Of a stretch of DNA of 64,000 nt, positions 54,236-64,000 are shown in pieces; position 1 is the first letter of the stretch; each line of letters begins with the position of its first letter. The DNA comes from Endomicrobium sp. (GTDB lineage Bacteria > Elusimicrobiota > Endomicrobiia > Endomicrobiales > Endomicrobiaceae). The position numbers and the translations under genes were made by a program. The notes under the pieces are model-generated. The model made no database searches. It was not told the DNA's origin and saw only the letters and a program-made list of their open reading frames with translations. The DNA lies in contig JAISEY010000003.1 of NCBI GenBank assembly GCA_031263865.1, forward strand, positions 61,345 to 125,344. The letters are read 5' to 3'.

Positions 54236-55525
54236 ATGGAATATAATAATATGAATATCGAAATAAGAAATATTAGAATGGTTGATCCGTCACAAAAAAA
54301 AGACTATGTTGGTAACATTTTTATTGAAAATGGTATTATTGTATCTAGTTTTTCTAATAAAAAATGTGAAATTAATATTATAGATGGGAAAGACAAAATT
54401 GCAATTCCTGGATTGATAGATGTACATTCTCATTTAAGAGAACCTGGTTATGAGCAAAAAGAAACTATATTTACTGGTACTAGATCTGCTGCAAAAGGTG
54501 GGATAACGACTATTTTTTGTATGCCAAATACAAACCCAGTTATTGATAATGTTACATGTGTCAATTATATTTTTTCTAAAGCAAAAAAAGAAGGTATTGT
54601 AAATGTATTTCCAATAGCTTGTGCAACTAAAGGATCGAATGGGGAAAAACTTTCAGAAATTGGTATTCTTAAAAAAGCAGGTATTGTTGCTGTTAGTGAT
54701 GATGGCAATTCTATAAATAATGCTCAAATTATGCGTCGTATTTTAGAATATACAAAAATGTTTAAAATTCCTATCATATCTCATAGTGAAGACAAATATT
54801 TAAGCAATAACGGTGTTATGAATGAAGGTAAAAATTCTATGATTTTAGGATTGAGAGGAATTCCAAAACAAGCAGAAGAAGTCATTATATCTCGCGATAT
54901 AATGCTTGCAGAATTAACAGGCGGGCATCTTCACATTGCTCATGTTTCTACAGCTAAATCAGTTGATCTTATAAGAGAGGCGAAGAAAAAAAGAATTAAT
55001 GTTACATCAGAAACATGCCCTCAATATTTTACTTTAACGGATGATGCTGTAAAAATTTATGATACTAATACAAAAGTATACCCACCTTTAAGAGAGAAAA
55101 ATGATGTTGACGCTATAAAAAATGGACTTGTTGATGGAACAATAGATTGTATATCTACAGATCATGCTCCGCATTCACATGAAGAGAAGAATCAGGAATT
55201 CGATTTAGCTCCTTTTGGAATGATAGGGTTTGAAACTGTACTAAGTCTTATTTTGAGTGAATTAGTTTACACTGGTATATTGAGTTTTTCAGATGCAATA
55301 TCTAAAATGACTTCAATGCCAGCAAAAATCTTTAATTTAAAAAATAGAGGATCATTAAAAGAAGGAAATATTGCTGACATTTCTATAATTGATTTAAAAT
55401 ATTGTTATGAATTTAAAATAGAAAGTATTTTATCTAAAAGTAAAAATTCTCCATTTATAGGTAGATTATTTAATGGAGGAGTAATTATGACTATAGTTGC
55501 TGGATCGATAGTTTGGGAGGCATAA
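54236..55525 (+). CDS. pyrC: Dihydroorotase
   Basis: D.H.HLREPG, MPNT.P, PPLR, TDHAPH. Confidence 0.96.
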   Translation: MEYNNMNIEIRNIRMVDPSQKKDYVGNIFIENGIIVSSFSNKKCEINIIDGKDKIAIPGLIDVHSHLREPGYEQKETIFTGTRSAAKGGITTIFCMPNTNPVIDNVTCVNYIFSKAKKEGIVNVFPIACATKGSNGEKLSEIGILKKAGIVAVSDDGNSINNAQIMRRILEYTKMFKIPIISHSEDKYLSNNGVMNEGKNSMILGLRGIPKQAEEVIISRDIMLAELTGGHLHIAHVSTAKSVDLIREAKKKRINVTSETCPQYFTLTDDAVKIYDTNTKVYPPLREKNDVDAIKNGLVDGTIDCISTDHAPHSHEEKNQEFDLAPFGMIGFETVLSLILSELVYTGILSFSDAISKMTSMPAKIFNLKNRGSLKEGNIADISIIDLKYCYEFKIESILSKSKNSPFIGRLFNGGVIMTIVAGSIVWEA

Positions 55526-55549
55526 AAAATATGTTATATTCACTATAAT

Positions 55550-56305
55550 ATGCCAAAAGCATTTGATAAAAATTGTGAAATAATTTCTAATGATATGATA
55601 AATAGAAATTATTTTAGACTTAAAGTTAAAACTTATTCTGCTTTAAATCATTGTATACCAGGACAATTTTTTATGATTGGTATTCCTGATGTTTTTTTGC
55701 GTCGTCCTATAGGGATATATAATGTTGAGAATGATGTATTAACTTTTTTATATAAACTTGTTGGTTATGGTACAAAAAAATTATCTACGATTAAAACAGG
55801 GCAATTAAGTCTATTGGGTCCTTTAGGGAATGGATATGATTTAAAAAAAATTGAAAATTTAAAATATGTTGCTGTTGTTGGAGGAGTTGGAATAGCTCCT
55901 ATTAATTTCCTTGCAAATAAATTAAAAAATAAAGGTATATTGTATTACGGAGTACGTTCAAAACATGATATTTTAGATTTAAATATTTTTAAGAAAAAAA
56001 ACTGGGAAATAATAATTTCTACTGAAGATGGATCCGAAGGATACAAAGGTTATATTACTGATTTATTACAATATAATTTTGATTCAAAACATATATTGAT
56101 TTCATCTGGACCAAATTTAATGTTAAATAAAATATTAAAAATTGCTGTTGAAAAACATATTAGTGGTTTCATTTCTTTTGATGTTAAAATGGCATGTGGA
56201 TTAGGTAATTGTCAAGGATGTGCTATAAGAGTTAAAGATGAAATTAAAATGGTTTGTAAAGATGGGCCAGTTTTTAAAATTGATGATATTAGTTTTAATT
56301 TATAA
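55550..56305 (+). CDS. pyrK: Dihydroorotate dehydrogenase electron transfer subunit
   Basis: LRRP, GP.GNG, GG.G.AP, MACG.G.C.GC...CKDGPVF. Confidence 0.94.
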   Translation: MPKAFDKNCEIISNDMINRNYFRLKVKTYSALNHCIPGQFFMIGIPDVFLRRPIGIYNVENDVLTFLYKLVGYGTKKLSTIKTGQLSLLGPLGNGYDLKKIENLKYVAVVGGVGIAPINFLANKLKNKGILYYGVRSKHDILDLNIFKKKNWEIIISTEDGSEGYKGYITDLLQYNFDSKHILISSGPNLMLNKILKIAVEKHISGFISFDVKMACGLGNCQGCAIRVKDEIKMVCKDGPVFKIDDISFNL

Positions 56306-56323
56306 AATTTGTTTTATTTCTAT

Positions 56324-57229
56324 ATGAACCCAAATTTAAATGTAGATTTTGTTGGTATTAAATTTAATAATCCTGTAATTGTATCTTCTGGAACTTTTGG
56401 TTATGGTTTTGAACTTGAAGATTTGATAGATATTTGTAAGCTTGGTGGTATTATAACAAAAACAATTACTTTGGAACCTAGACATGGAAATCCTCAACCG
56501 AGAATTGCTGAAGTATCATCTGGGATTGTAAATAATATAGGGTTACAAAATGTTGGAATAGTAAAATTTGTTGAAAAATATTTAAAAAAAATAATAAAAT
56601 TTGATATACCAGTCATAGTTAGTATTTCAGGAAAAAATGTATGTGAATATATTAAAATAATAGAAATATTGAATAAACAAGATTGTATATCAGCTGTAGA
56701 ACTAAATTTATCATGTCCAAATTTAAATGAATCAATTATTTGCAATGATTTGGATTTAGTTTATAACATAATAACTGGGATAAAACAAAAAACAAAAATT
56801 CCATTAATTGCGAAACTTTCTCCATCTTACAATATTTTAGAAATTGCATTAATTGCACAAAAAGCTGGAGTTGATGGTTTGACAATTGCAAATACATATC
56901 CTGCAATGGTTGTCAATGTTGATATATATAAAAAATTTAATGTTATGTTTGGAGGTTTGTCTGGGCCTTCTATAAAACCGATATCAATTCGTTATGTGTA
57001 TGATGTATACAAAAAAGTAGATATACCAATTATTGGGTGTGGTGGTATAATGAATGGCAATGATGCTATTGAGTTTCTTGCATCTGGATCAAAACTTGTT
57101 AGTGTTGGAACAGCATGTTTAATTTCTCCAAATAATTTAATAAATATTATTGAAGAAATTGAATTAATATTAAAAAAAAACAAAATAAAATCAATAAATG
57201 AAATAATAGGCATTTGCAATAAAAAATAA
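56324..57229 (+). CDS. pyrD: Dihydroorotate dehydrogenase 1B catalytic subunit
   Basis: SGTFG, GNPQPR, ELNLSCPN, GGLSG..IKP. Confidence 0.95.
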   Translation: MNPNLNVDFVGIKFNNPVIVSSGTFGYGFELEDLIDICKLGGIITKTITLEPRHGNPQPRIAEVSSGIVNNIGLQNVGIVKFVEKYLKKIIKFDIPVIVSISGKNVCEYIKIIEILNKQDCISAVELNLSCPNLNESIICNDLDLVYNIITGIKQKTKIPLIAKLSPSYNILEIALIAQKAGVDGLTIANTYPAMVVNVDIYKKFNVMFGGLSGPSIKPISIRYVYDVYKKVDIPIIGCGGIMNGNDAIEFLASGSKLVSVGTACLISPNNLINIIEEIELILKKNKIKSINEIIGICNKK

Positions 57230-57293
57230 TTTTATAATTTGCTTAAATATATATATCATTGTTTTGTTTTGTACAATAATTATGATTAATAAT

Positions 57294-57941
57294 ATGAAAA
57301 AAATTATTTTAGCATTAGATGTTGATGATTTAAATAAAGCTACAAAATTAATAAAAAAAACAAAGCCTTTAATAGATATTTATAAAATTGGGCCTATATT
57401 GTTTTTGAGATATGGGATAGAAATAATAAAAATAATAAAAGATAATTGTAAAATGGTGTTTTTAGATTTAAAATTCCATGATATACCTAACACTGTGATG
57501 AAATCAGTAGAATCTTCTATATATTTAGGAGTATTTAGCATTACTATTCATTCTGCTGGTGGATATGATATGATAAAAGCTGCAGTTTCAGTTAAAAATG
57601 CACCTAAAATATGGGTTGTTACATCATTAACAAGCCAAATTGTTAATATAGAGAAAATTATTAAAGATGCAATGTTAGCAAAACGATGTATGGCTGATGG
57701 GGTTATTTCATCTCCATTAGAAGTTAGTGAAATAAAAAAAATATGTGGAAAAGATTTTCATGTTATTACTCCTGGTATTAGATGTTGTAATAGGATATCT
57801 GATGATCAAAAGAGAATATCTAGACCTGAAGTGGCAATAAAAAATGGAGCTGATTTTATAGTTATTGGTAGGGATATAATAAATAATTCTAATCCATATG
57901 AAAAATTAAAAAAAATTTATGATAAAATAAATGTGATTTAA
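57294..57941 (+). CDS. pyrF: Orotidine-5'-phosphate decarboxylase
   Basis: FLDLKFHDIPNT, TPGIR, DDQKR, VIGR. Confidence 0.96.
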   Translation: MKKIILALDVDDLNKATKLIKKTKPLIDIYKIGPILFLRYGIEIIKIIKDNCKMVFLDLKFHDIPNTVMKSVESSIYLGVFSITIHSAGGYDMIKAAVSVKNAPKIWVVTSLTSQIVNIEKIIKDAMLAKRCMADGVISSPLEVSEIKKICGKDFHVITPGIRCCNRISDDQKRISRPEVAIKNGADFIVIGRDIINNSNPYEKLKKIYDKINVI

Positions 57942-57979
57942 ATTTTATTAATATAACAGTTTAAAAAAGGGGTTTTATT

Positions 57980-58564
57980 GTGAACTGCGAATTTTTGAAT
58001 TTTTTTATAAATTCGGGGGCAATATTGAATGGACATTTTGAACTTTCAAGTGGATTACATTCAGATACATATTTTCAACTTGCATTGATTTTTCAAGACC
58101 ATAAAAAAACTTCTTTTCTTGCTGAAAAACTTGTTGAAAAAATAATGAAAAATATTACAAAAAAAATAGACGTTATTGTTTCACCAGCAATAGGAGGTAT
58201 TATTATAGGATATGAAGTTGGCAGAATATTAAATATTCGTTCTATATTTACTGAAAGAATTAATAATGAAATGATACTTAGAAGAGGATTTTCGATTTAT
58301 AAAAATGAAAATATTTTATTTGTTGAAGATGTTATAACAACTGGACTTTCTATAAATGAAGTTATGTTAAGTTTAAAAACTAATAAAACTAATATTAGTT
58401 TAATATCATCTCTTGTTGATAGAAGTGTCAATAATATTGATTTTGGTATACCAAAAATCTCTTTACTAAATTTTAATGTAAAAAATTATAGAAAAGAAGA
58501 ATGCCCTATGTGTAATTCTGGGAATATTGCAATAAAACCAGGTAGTAGAAGATATTTAAGTTGA
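57980..58564 (+). CDS. pyrE: Orotate phosphoribosyltransferase
   Basis: GHF.LSSG.HS..Y, VEDVITTG, CP.C......KPGSR. Confidence 0.96.
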   Translation: MNCEFLNFFINSGAILNGHFELSSGLHSDTYFQLALIFQDHKKTSFLAEKLVEKIMKNITKKIDVIVSPAIGGIIIGYEVGRILNIRSIFTERINNEMILRRGFSIYKNENILFVEDVITTGLSINEVMLSLKTNKTNISLISSLVDRSVNNIDFGIPKISLLNFNVKNYRKEECPMCNSGNIAIKPGSRRYLS

Positions 58565-58643
58565 AAAATTTCATATGTTTTATAAAGTTATTTAATATAA
58601 TTTAATATTGCAGACATTATTTTTAATTTTATTTGAAATTTTT

Positions 58644-58716
58644 GGGTAGTTAGCTCAGTTGGGAGAGCATTTCCTTTACACGGAAAAGGTCGTAGGTTCA
58701 AATCCTACACTGCCCA
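58644..58716 (+). tRNA. tRNA-Val(TAC)
   Basis: GGGTAGT acceptor stem, TTTCC-TTTACAC-GGAAA, GGTTCAAATCC. Confidence 0.95.
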
Positions 58717-58751
58717 TTAGTTTGTAAATGATTTAAATTTGTGAGGTTGTT

Positions 58752-59258
58752 GTGATGAAACTTACAATATTGAAGTACGGTAATCCTATTTTAAGAAAAA
58801 AATCTGTAAATGTTACCGATTTTAATTGTCATTTAAATAAATTATCTTATGATATGATTGAAACGATGCATTCTAATTCTGGGATTGGTCTTGCTGCACC
58901 ACAAATAGGAATTTTATTAAGAATTTGTGTTGTTGATATATCTAGTGACAAAAAAAAACCATTAATTATGATAAATCCAAAAATTATATCTAATACAGGT
59001 TCTATATATAATGAAGAAGGATGTTTGTCACTTCCAGGTTTTTTTGGTTTTATAAATAGGCATAAAAAAATGATTGTAGAATTTTTTGATTTAGAATGTA
59101 ATATAAAAGAATTAGAATTAAATGGACTTTTAGCAAGAGTTGTACAACATGAAATAGATCATCTTGATGCAAAAATGTTTATAGATTATTTATCTGATGT
59201 TGAAAAAAACATTATTTTTGAAAAAATAAACAATAAAAAAAAAGAAGGTAATTGGTGA
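58752..59258 (+). CDS. def: Peptide deformylase
   Basis: GIGLAAPQ, EGCLS, QHEIDH. Confidence 0.97.
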   Translation: MMKLTILKYGNPILRKKSVNVTDFNCHLNKLSYDMIETMHSNSGIGLAAPQIGILLRICVVDISSDKKKPLIMINPKIISNTGSIYNEEGCLSLPGFFGFINRHKKMIVEFFDLECNIKELELNGLLARVVQHEIDHLDAKMFIDYLSDVEKNIIFEKINNKKKEGNW

Positions 59259-60193
59259 AAATTTTATTTTTTGGTACAAATTTTATATCAAAAGAATATC
59301 TCAAAGCTCTTTATATAGATCATCATGATATCTTTGTAATAACAAAATCTGATAAACAATCTTTTAGAGGTCTTAGATATATTCCTAATGAAGTAAAATC
59401 TTATTCAAAAAGAAATAATATTGAATTTATCCAACCAGATGTTTTTACATGTGATGTTGTTGATGTTATTAAAAAAAAATTTTTTGATGTTGGGATAGTT
59501 GTATCTTATGGGAAACTTATACCAAAAAATATTTTTGATTTACCAAAAAATAAAATTTTTAATATACATTTTTCTCTTTTGCCAAAATATAGAGGAGCTA
59601 CTCCTGTTCAAAGTTCTTTATGCAATGGAGAAACAGAAACAGGAGTTACATCGTTTTTTTTAAGTGAAAAATTAGATTATGGTGATATATTAATACAAGA
59701 AAAAATTGATATAGATATTAATGATAATTTCAATACATTGCTTTTTAAATTAATACCTGTTGGTATAAATGTTATGAAAAAAACAATAATTTTATTAAAA
59801 AGTGGGAGCATAAAAACAACTAAACAAATTGGAGAGCATTCTATTACTTCTATTTTGAAGAAAGAAACAGGATTGCTTGATTGGAATAATAAAGCAAATG
59901 AAATTTATAATAAATTTAGAGGTTTATATGATTGGCCAGGAATATATTCAATTTTTTCGTTTGGAAAACTTTTAGGAAAAAGAATAAAATTTATAGAAAT
60001 AGAAAAATTAAATGAAAATTTAATAAATTCTGATTATGGAGTTGTATCTTCTATTAAAAAAAATAAGGGATTTGTAATTTCATGCTCTGTTGGTGAGATT
60101 TTAGCTTTAAAAGTTCAATTAGATAATAAAAATATTGTATCTGCTTGGACTTTAGTACATACAGGACAAATTGTTATTGGAGATAGGCTTTAA
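59255..60193 (+). CDS. fmt: Methionyl-tRNA formyltransferase
   Basis: F.GT, VVSYG, NIH.SLLPKYRGA.P, D.GD. Confidence 0.95.
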   Translation: MKILFFGTNFISKEYLKALYIDHHDIFVITKSDKQSFRGLRYIPNEVKSYSKRNNIEFIQPDVFTCDVVDVIKKKFFDVGIVVSYGKLIPKNIFDLPKNKIFNIHFSLLPKYRGATPVQSSLCNGETETGVTSFFLSEKLDYGDILIQEKIDIDINDNFNTLLFKLIPVGINVMKKTIILLKSGSIKTTKQIGEHSITSILKKETGLLDWNNKANEIYNKFRGLYDWPGIYSIFSFGKLLGKRIKFIEIEKLNENLINSDYGVVSSIKKNKGFVISCSVGEILALKVQLDNKNIVSAWTLVHTGQIVIGDRL

Positions 60194-60230
60194 TTTTCTA
60201 GATATTAAAATATTGAGGGGGGATGTATAT

Positions 60231-60551
60231 ATGATAAAAGAAATTAATGAAGGCAATTTTTTAAATGAGATATCTTTATCAAATATACCTATATTAATTG
60301 ATTTTTGGGCTCCGTGGTGTGGACCTTGTAATATGCTTCATCCTATAATTGAAGAACTTGATATTGAATATAATGGTAAAATAAAAATAGTAAAAATAAA
60401 TACTGAGGAAAATGCATCTATTTCTTCAAAATTTCAAATTACTTCTATACCATGTTTAATATTGTTTAAAAACAATTCCATTGCAATGAAAATCGTTGGT
60501 TTTAGATCTAAAGTTGATATAAAAAAATCTATAGATTCTATTTTATATTAA
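60231..60551 (+). CDS. trxA: Thioredoxin
   Basis: DFWAPWCGPC; ATG 60231 after GAGGGGG. Confidence 0.96.
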   Translation: MIKEINEGNFLNEISLSNIPILIDFWAPWCGPCNMLHPIIEELDIEYNGKIKIVKINTEENASISSKFQITSIPCLILFKNNSIAMKIVGFRSKVDIKKSIDSILY

Positions 60552-60570
60552 ATTTCAAGGATTATTTAAT

Positions 60571-61482
60571 ATGATTTATGATGTTATTATTGTTGGTGGT
60601 GGACCTGCTGGTATGTCTGCTGCAATTTATGCTTCTAGGTCTAAATTAAGAGTATTATTGGTAGAAAAAAAATATTGTGGAGGACAAATTATTTCTTCAA
60701 TGTTTATTGATAACTATCCAGGTTTTTATAATGGTATTATTGGAAGCGATCTTGCTATTAATTTTGAAAAACATGTAAAAAAATTTGGTGTAGAAATAGT
60801 TTATGATGAAATTATAAAAGTTGAAAATAATTTAACAAATAAAATATTTTCATCAAATTTTAATTATTTTTCTAAAACTGTTATTATTGCAACTGGTACG
60901 TGTGTAAAAAAAATGAATATACTTGGAGAAGAAAAATTTATAGGTAATGGTATATCTTTTTGTGTTACTTGTGATGCAAATTTTTATAATAATAAAACTG
61001 TTGTTGTTGTTGGCAATAATGATAATACAATAAATGGTGCAATGTATTTATCAAAATTTGCAAAAACTGTAAACATTGTATATTCAAAAAATAAATTTAA
61101 TATCTCAAAAGAGTTATATAAAAAAATTTGTTTATGTTATAATATCTCAATAATATATAATTCTATGCCATATGAAGTAATTGGTGATATAATTATTAAA
61201 AATATAGTTATAAAAAATATTTATACAAATGAAAAAACAGTATTAAAAACAGATGGGATTTTTGTTATTTCAGATTTAAAACCTAATGTTTTTTATATAA
61301 ATAATATTAAATGTAATAAGAATGGATATATTATTGCAGATAAAAATATGAATACTTCAGTTAAAAGTATTTTTGCTTGTGGTGATGTAATAGAAAAGCA
61401 ATTGAGACAAATTGTAACAGCAGTATCAGATGGAGCAATAGCAGCAATTAATGCAAAACGTTACATAGATAAAATAAAATGA
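60571..61482 (+). CDS. trxB: Flavin thioredoxin reductase with degenerate NADPH site
   Basis: GGGPAG FAD motif, CVTCD, GD......RQ..TA..DG. Confidence 0.9.
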   Translation: MIYDVIIVGGGPAGMSAAIYASRSKLRVLLVEKKYCGGQIISSMFIDNYPGFYNGIIGSDLAINFEKHVKKFGVEIVYDEIIKVENNLTNKIFSSNFNYFSKTVIIATGTCVKKMNILGEEKFIGNGISFCVTCDANFYNNKTVVVVGNNDNTINGAMYLSKFAKTVNIVYSKNKFNISKELYKKICLCYNISIIYNSMPYEVIGDIIIKNIVIKNIYTNEKTVLKTDGIFVISDLKPNVFYINNIKCNKNGYIIADKNMNTSVKSIFACGDVIEKQLRQIVTAVSDGAIAAINAKRYIDKIK

Positions 61483-62354
61483 AAAAATTTATTATTATAG
61501 ATGGAAATGCTTATGTATATAGATCATATTATGCAATACCAGCTCTTTTTTCTTATGATAGACAACAAGTAAATGCTGTTTATGGATTTATGAAATTTTT
61601 ATTTAAAATTATAAATAAATTTAGACCTGATTATATGGCTGTTTGTTTTGATCATCCATCTGAAACTTTTAGAAAAAAAATATTCAAAGATTATAAAAAA
61701 AATAGAAAACCTATTGACGAATCTTTAAAAAATCAAATGTTAATTTCTAAAAAAGCTGTAAATATTTTAAATATTAAAATGATAGAAAAACAAGGATATG
61801 AGGCAGATGATTTAATTGCTACATTAGCAAAAATTGGTAGAAAAAATCATTTGCAAATTATTATTGTTACAGGTGATAAAGATATTTTTCAATTAATAGA
61901 TTGTACTAATATTTTTATTTGGAATGATTCTAAGAATATTATTTGTGATGAAAATTGGATTAAAATAAGATATCAAAATATAGAGCCTAATAAACTTGTT
62001 GATGTTTTTTCTATTATGGGAGATTCGTCTGATAACATTCGTGGAATTAATGGTATTGGTGAAAAAACTGCATTAAAATTTGTAAAAAAATTTGGTAGTA
62101 TTGAGAACATATTATCTGAAAAATATGATATAAGTCCAAAATTTTGTAATTTATTTCAACAATATAAAGATATTATTTTATTAAATAAAAAAATAATAAA
62201 ATTAGATGATTGTGTTAAAATAAATTATAATATTGATGATTTTGATATTAATAATTTTAAAATCGGAAAAATAAACAATAGTGAAATTATTAATTTTTTT
62301 ACAGAACTTGGTTTTAAAAGTCTTATAAATAAATATTTTGAATTTGTAAATTAA
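61479..62354 (+). CDS. polA: Stand-alone 5'-3' exonuclease (PolA N-terminal domain only)
   Basis: IDG....YR.YYA, NAVYGF, GYEADD, TGDKD, GD.SDNI.G..GIGEKTA; ends F..L.FKSL; precedes coaE. Confidence 0.9.
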   Translation: MKKFIIIDGNAYVYRSYYAIPALFSYDRQQVNAVYGFMKFLFKIINKFRPDYMAVCFDHPSETFRKKIFKDYKKNRKPIDESLKNQMLISKKAVNILNIKMIEKQGYEADDLIATLAKIGRKNHLQIIIVTGDKDIFQLIDCTNIFIWNDSKNIICDENWIKIRYQNIEPNKLVDVFSIMGDSSDNIRGINGIGEKTALKFVKKFGSIENILSEKYDISPKFCNLFQQYKDIILLNKKIIKLDDCVKINYNIDDFDINNFKIGKINNSEIINFFTELGFKSLINKYFEFVN

Positions 62355-62498
62355 TCAAAATAACGATTTTGCAATTATCATTTATTTAAAATTTTAAATA
62401 TTATTAAATGATGTTCAATTGTTATATAAATATTATGTTATAAAAAAATTTATAATAATATATGTTTTAAATTAAAAATTATTTTAAAATACAAAAAT

Positions 62499-63080
62499 AT
62501 GATAATAGGTCTTACTGGTGGTATCGCTTCTGGTAAAAATGAGAGTTCTAAACATTTTAGATCTTTGGGGTTTTTCATAATAGATGCTGATATAATTTCT
62601 TCAACTTTTATTACAAAAAATAAATTAATATTTAATAAGGTGTTAAAAATTTGTGGGGAAGATATTTTGTATTTAGATGGATCTTTGAATAAAAAAAAAA
62701 TAGCTAATATTATTTTTTTAGATGATTATAAAAAAAGGAAAATAGAAAAAATTCTTCATCCTCTTATAATTAGTTACATAAAGAAAATAATTATGGTAAA
62801 AAAAAGGAGAAAGATATTAATAAATGCTCCGCTTCTTTTTGAATCTGGATTAAATAAAATTTGTGATAAAGTTGTTTTTATATGGGTGCCAAATGATATT
62901 CAAATTAGTCGTTCGATGTTACGAGATGGAAAAAACATTGATGAAATACAAAATATTATTCGTTCTCAAATGCCTACTTGGAAAAAGATTGATCTTTCAG
63001 ATTTTGTGATAAACAATACAGGATCTAAAACAGAATTAAAAAATATTATAGACAATTTATGTAAATTGTTGACATGTTAA
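62499..63080 (+). CDS. coaE: Dephospho-CoA kinase
   Basis: IGLTGGIASGK, IDAD, HP, PLLFE, R...RD, SQ. Confidence 0.95.
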   Translation: MIIGLTGGIASGKNESSKHFRSLGFFIIDADIISSTFITKNKLIFNKVLKICGEDILYLDGSLNKKKIANIIFLDDYKKRKIEKILHPLIISYIKKIIMVKKRRKILINAPLLFESGLNKICDKVVFIWVPNDIQISRSMLRDGKNIDEIQNIIRSQMPTWKKIDLSDFVINNTGSKTELKNIIDNLCKLLTC

Positions 63081-63097
63081 TTTTAATTACATAAAAT
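63069..63097 (+). promoter_or_regulatory. Promoter upstream of rho
   Basis: TTGACA-17 nt-TAAAAT. Confidence 0.6.
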
Positions 63098-63247
63098 CGT
63101 TTTGTTTTATTTTTGTATATTTAACTTCCAAAATTAAAAACAAAATCAGTATATAATATATAAGATTGAATATAACTAATATTAGTGTTTTATAATATTA
63201 AAAATTATTCTTATTATAAAAATAAAAACCCCTTTTGGAGGGAAGTA

Positions 63248-64000
63248 ATGCAAAAACCTAAATCTGTTGATATGGCAGTTCTATCTAAGCGAACTATGAC
63301 AGGATTAATAGAAACTGCAAAAAATCTTAAAATTGAAGGAGTTTCTGGTCTTAGAAAACAAGAACTTATAGCAAAAATTTTTGAAGTACAAACAAAAGAA
63401 AATAAATTAGTTTATGATGAAGGAGTTTTAGAAATTTTGCCTGATGGATTTGGGTTTTTACGTTCTACTGATTATAATTATCTCCCTGGTCCAGATGATA
63501 TATATATTTCTCCATCACAAATAAAAAAATTTGCTTTAAGAAAAGGTGATACTGTAGCTGGATATGTTCGTCCTCCACAAACACAACAAGAACGATATTT
63601 TGCTCTTTTGCAAGTAAAATCAATAAATGGGCAAGAAAATTTAGAAGGTATAAGAGATAGGATCCTTTTCGATAATTTGACACCACTATACCCAAATGAA
63701 AAAATAATTCTTGAGACAAAAAAAGAAGAAATATCAACTAGAATTATAGATATGTTAGTTCCAATAGGGAAAGGACAAAGAGTTCTTATAAATGCAGCTC
63801 CTAGAACTGGTAAAACTGTTTTATTGCAAAAAATAGCAAATGCTGTTACAAAGACAAATCCTAATGCTGTTCTTATGGTTTTATTGATAGATGAAAGACC
63901 TGAAGAAGTTACAGATATGCAACGTTCTGTTGATGGAGAAGTAATATCTTCAACTTTTGATGAACCAGCTGATAGGCATATACAAGTAGCTGAAATGGTT
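63248..64000 (+). CDS. rho: Transcription termination factor Rho (partial, runs off window)
   Basis: GVLEILPDGFGFLRS..Y.PGPDDIYISPSQI, PIGKGQR, APRTGKT, LLIDERPEEVTDM, STFDEP. Confidence 0.98.
   Translation, partial: MQKPKSVDMAVLSKRTMTGLIETAKNLKIEGVSGLRKQELIAKIFEVQTKENKLVYDEGVLEILPDGFGFLRSTDYNYLPGPDDIYISPSQIKKFALRKGDTVAGYVRPPQTQQERYFALLQVKSINGQENLEGIRDRILFDNLTPLYPNEKIILETKKEEISTRIIDMLVPIGKGQRVLINAAPRTGKTVLLQKIANAVTKTNPNAVLMVLLIDERPEEVTDMQRSVDGEVISSTFDEPADRHIQVAEMV

Noticed and set aside
53295-58564. pyr operon lacking pyrI, pyrR and carAB
   Set aside because: PyrB-PyrC systems without PyrI are common, and carAB may lie elsewhere; ordinary.

Overview
Gene-dense, very AT-rich (about 20-25% GC by eye) bacterial chromosome segment using standard code 11. 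It looks like a reduced endosymbiont genome. The gene content (hexuronate catabolic cluster, GGGtGRT pair, MetVF, gatCAB, PyrK/PyrD, rho) is compatible with an anaerobic Endomicrobium-like (Elusimicrobiota) symbiont; this taxonomy is inference only. The window holds a complete exuT-uxaC-uxuB-kdgK-eda-uxuA cluster, dnaN-dciA-gyrB-gyrA, many housekeeping genes, a pyr operon and six tRNAs. I found no mobile elements or CRISPR arrays. Most notable: (1) a candidate oriC upstream of dnaN made of non-canonical TTATTAACA boxes, 31 kb from dnaA, whose DNA-binding helix also has an altered residue, an arrangement a single inversion would explain; (2) an orphan family of probably secreted small proteins, with one intact copy and one pseudogene sharing a KxRIK..S....WNELKxKxI motif; (3) a small basic two-repeat protein with a perfect 52-nt internal repeat and a strong promoter; (4) an uncharacterised IscU-like + GGGtGRT gene pair that is well conserved; (5) a thioredoxin reductase lacking NADPH-binding motifs; (6) uxuA starting at ATT; (7) a preserved internal RBS for the aspartokinase beta subunit; (8) PolA reduced to its 5'-3' exonuclease domain.
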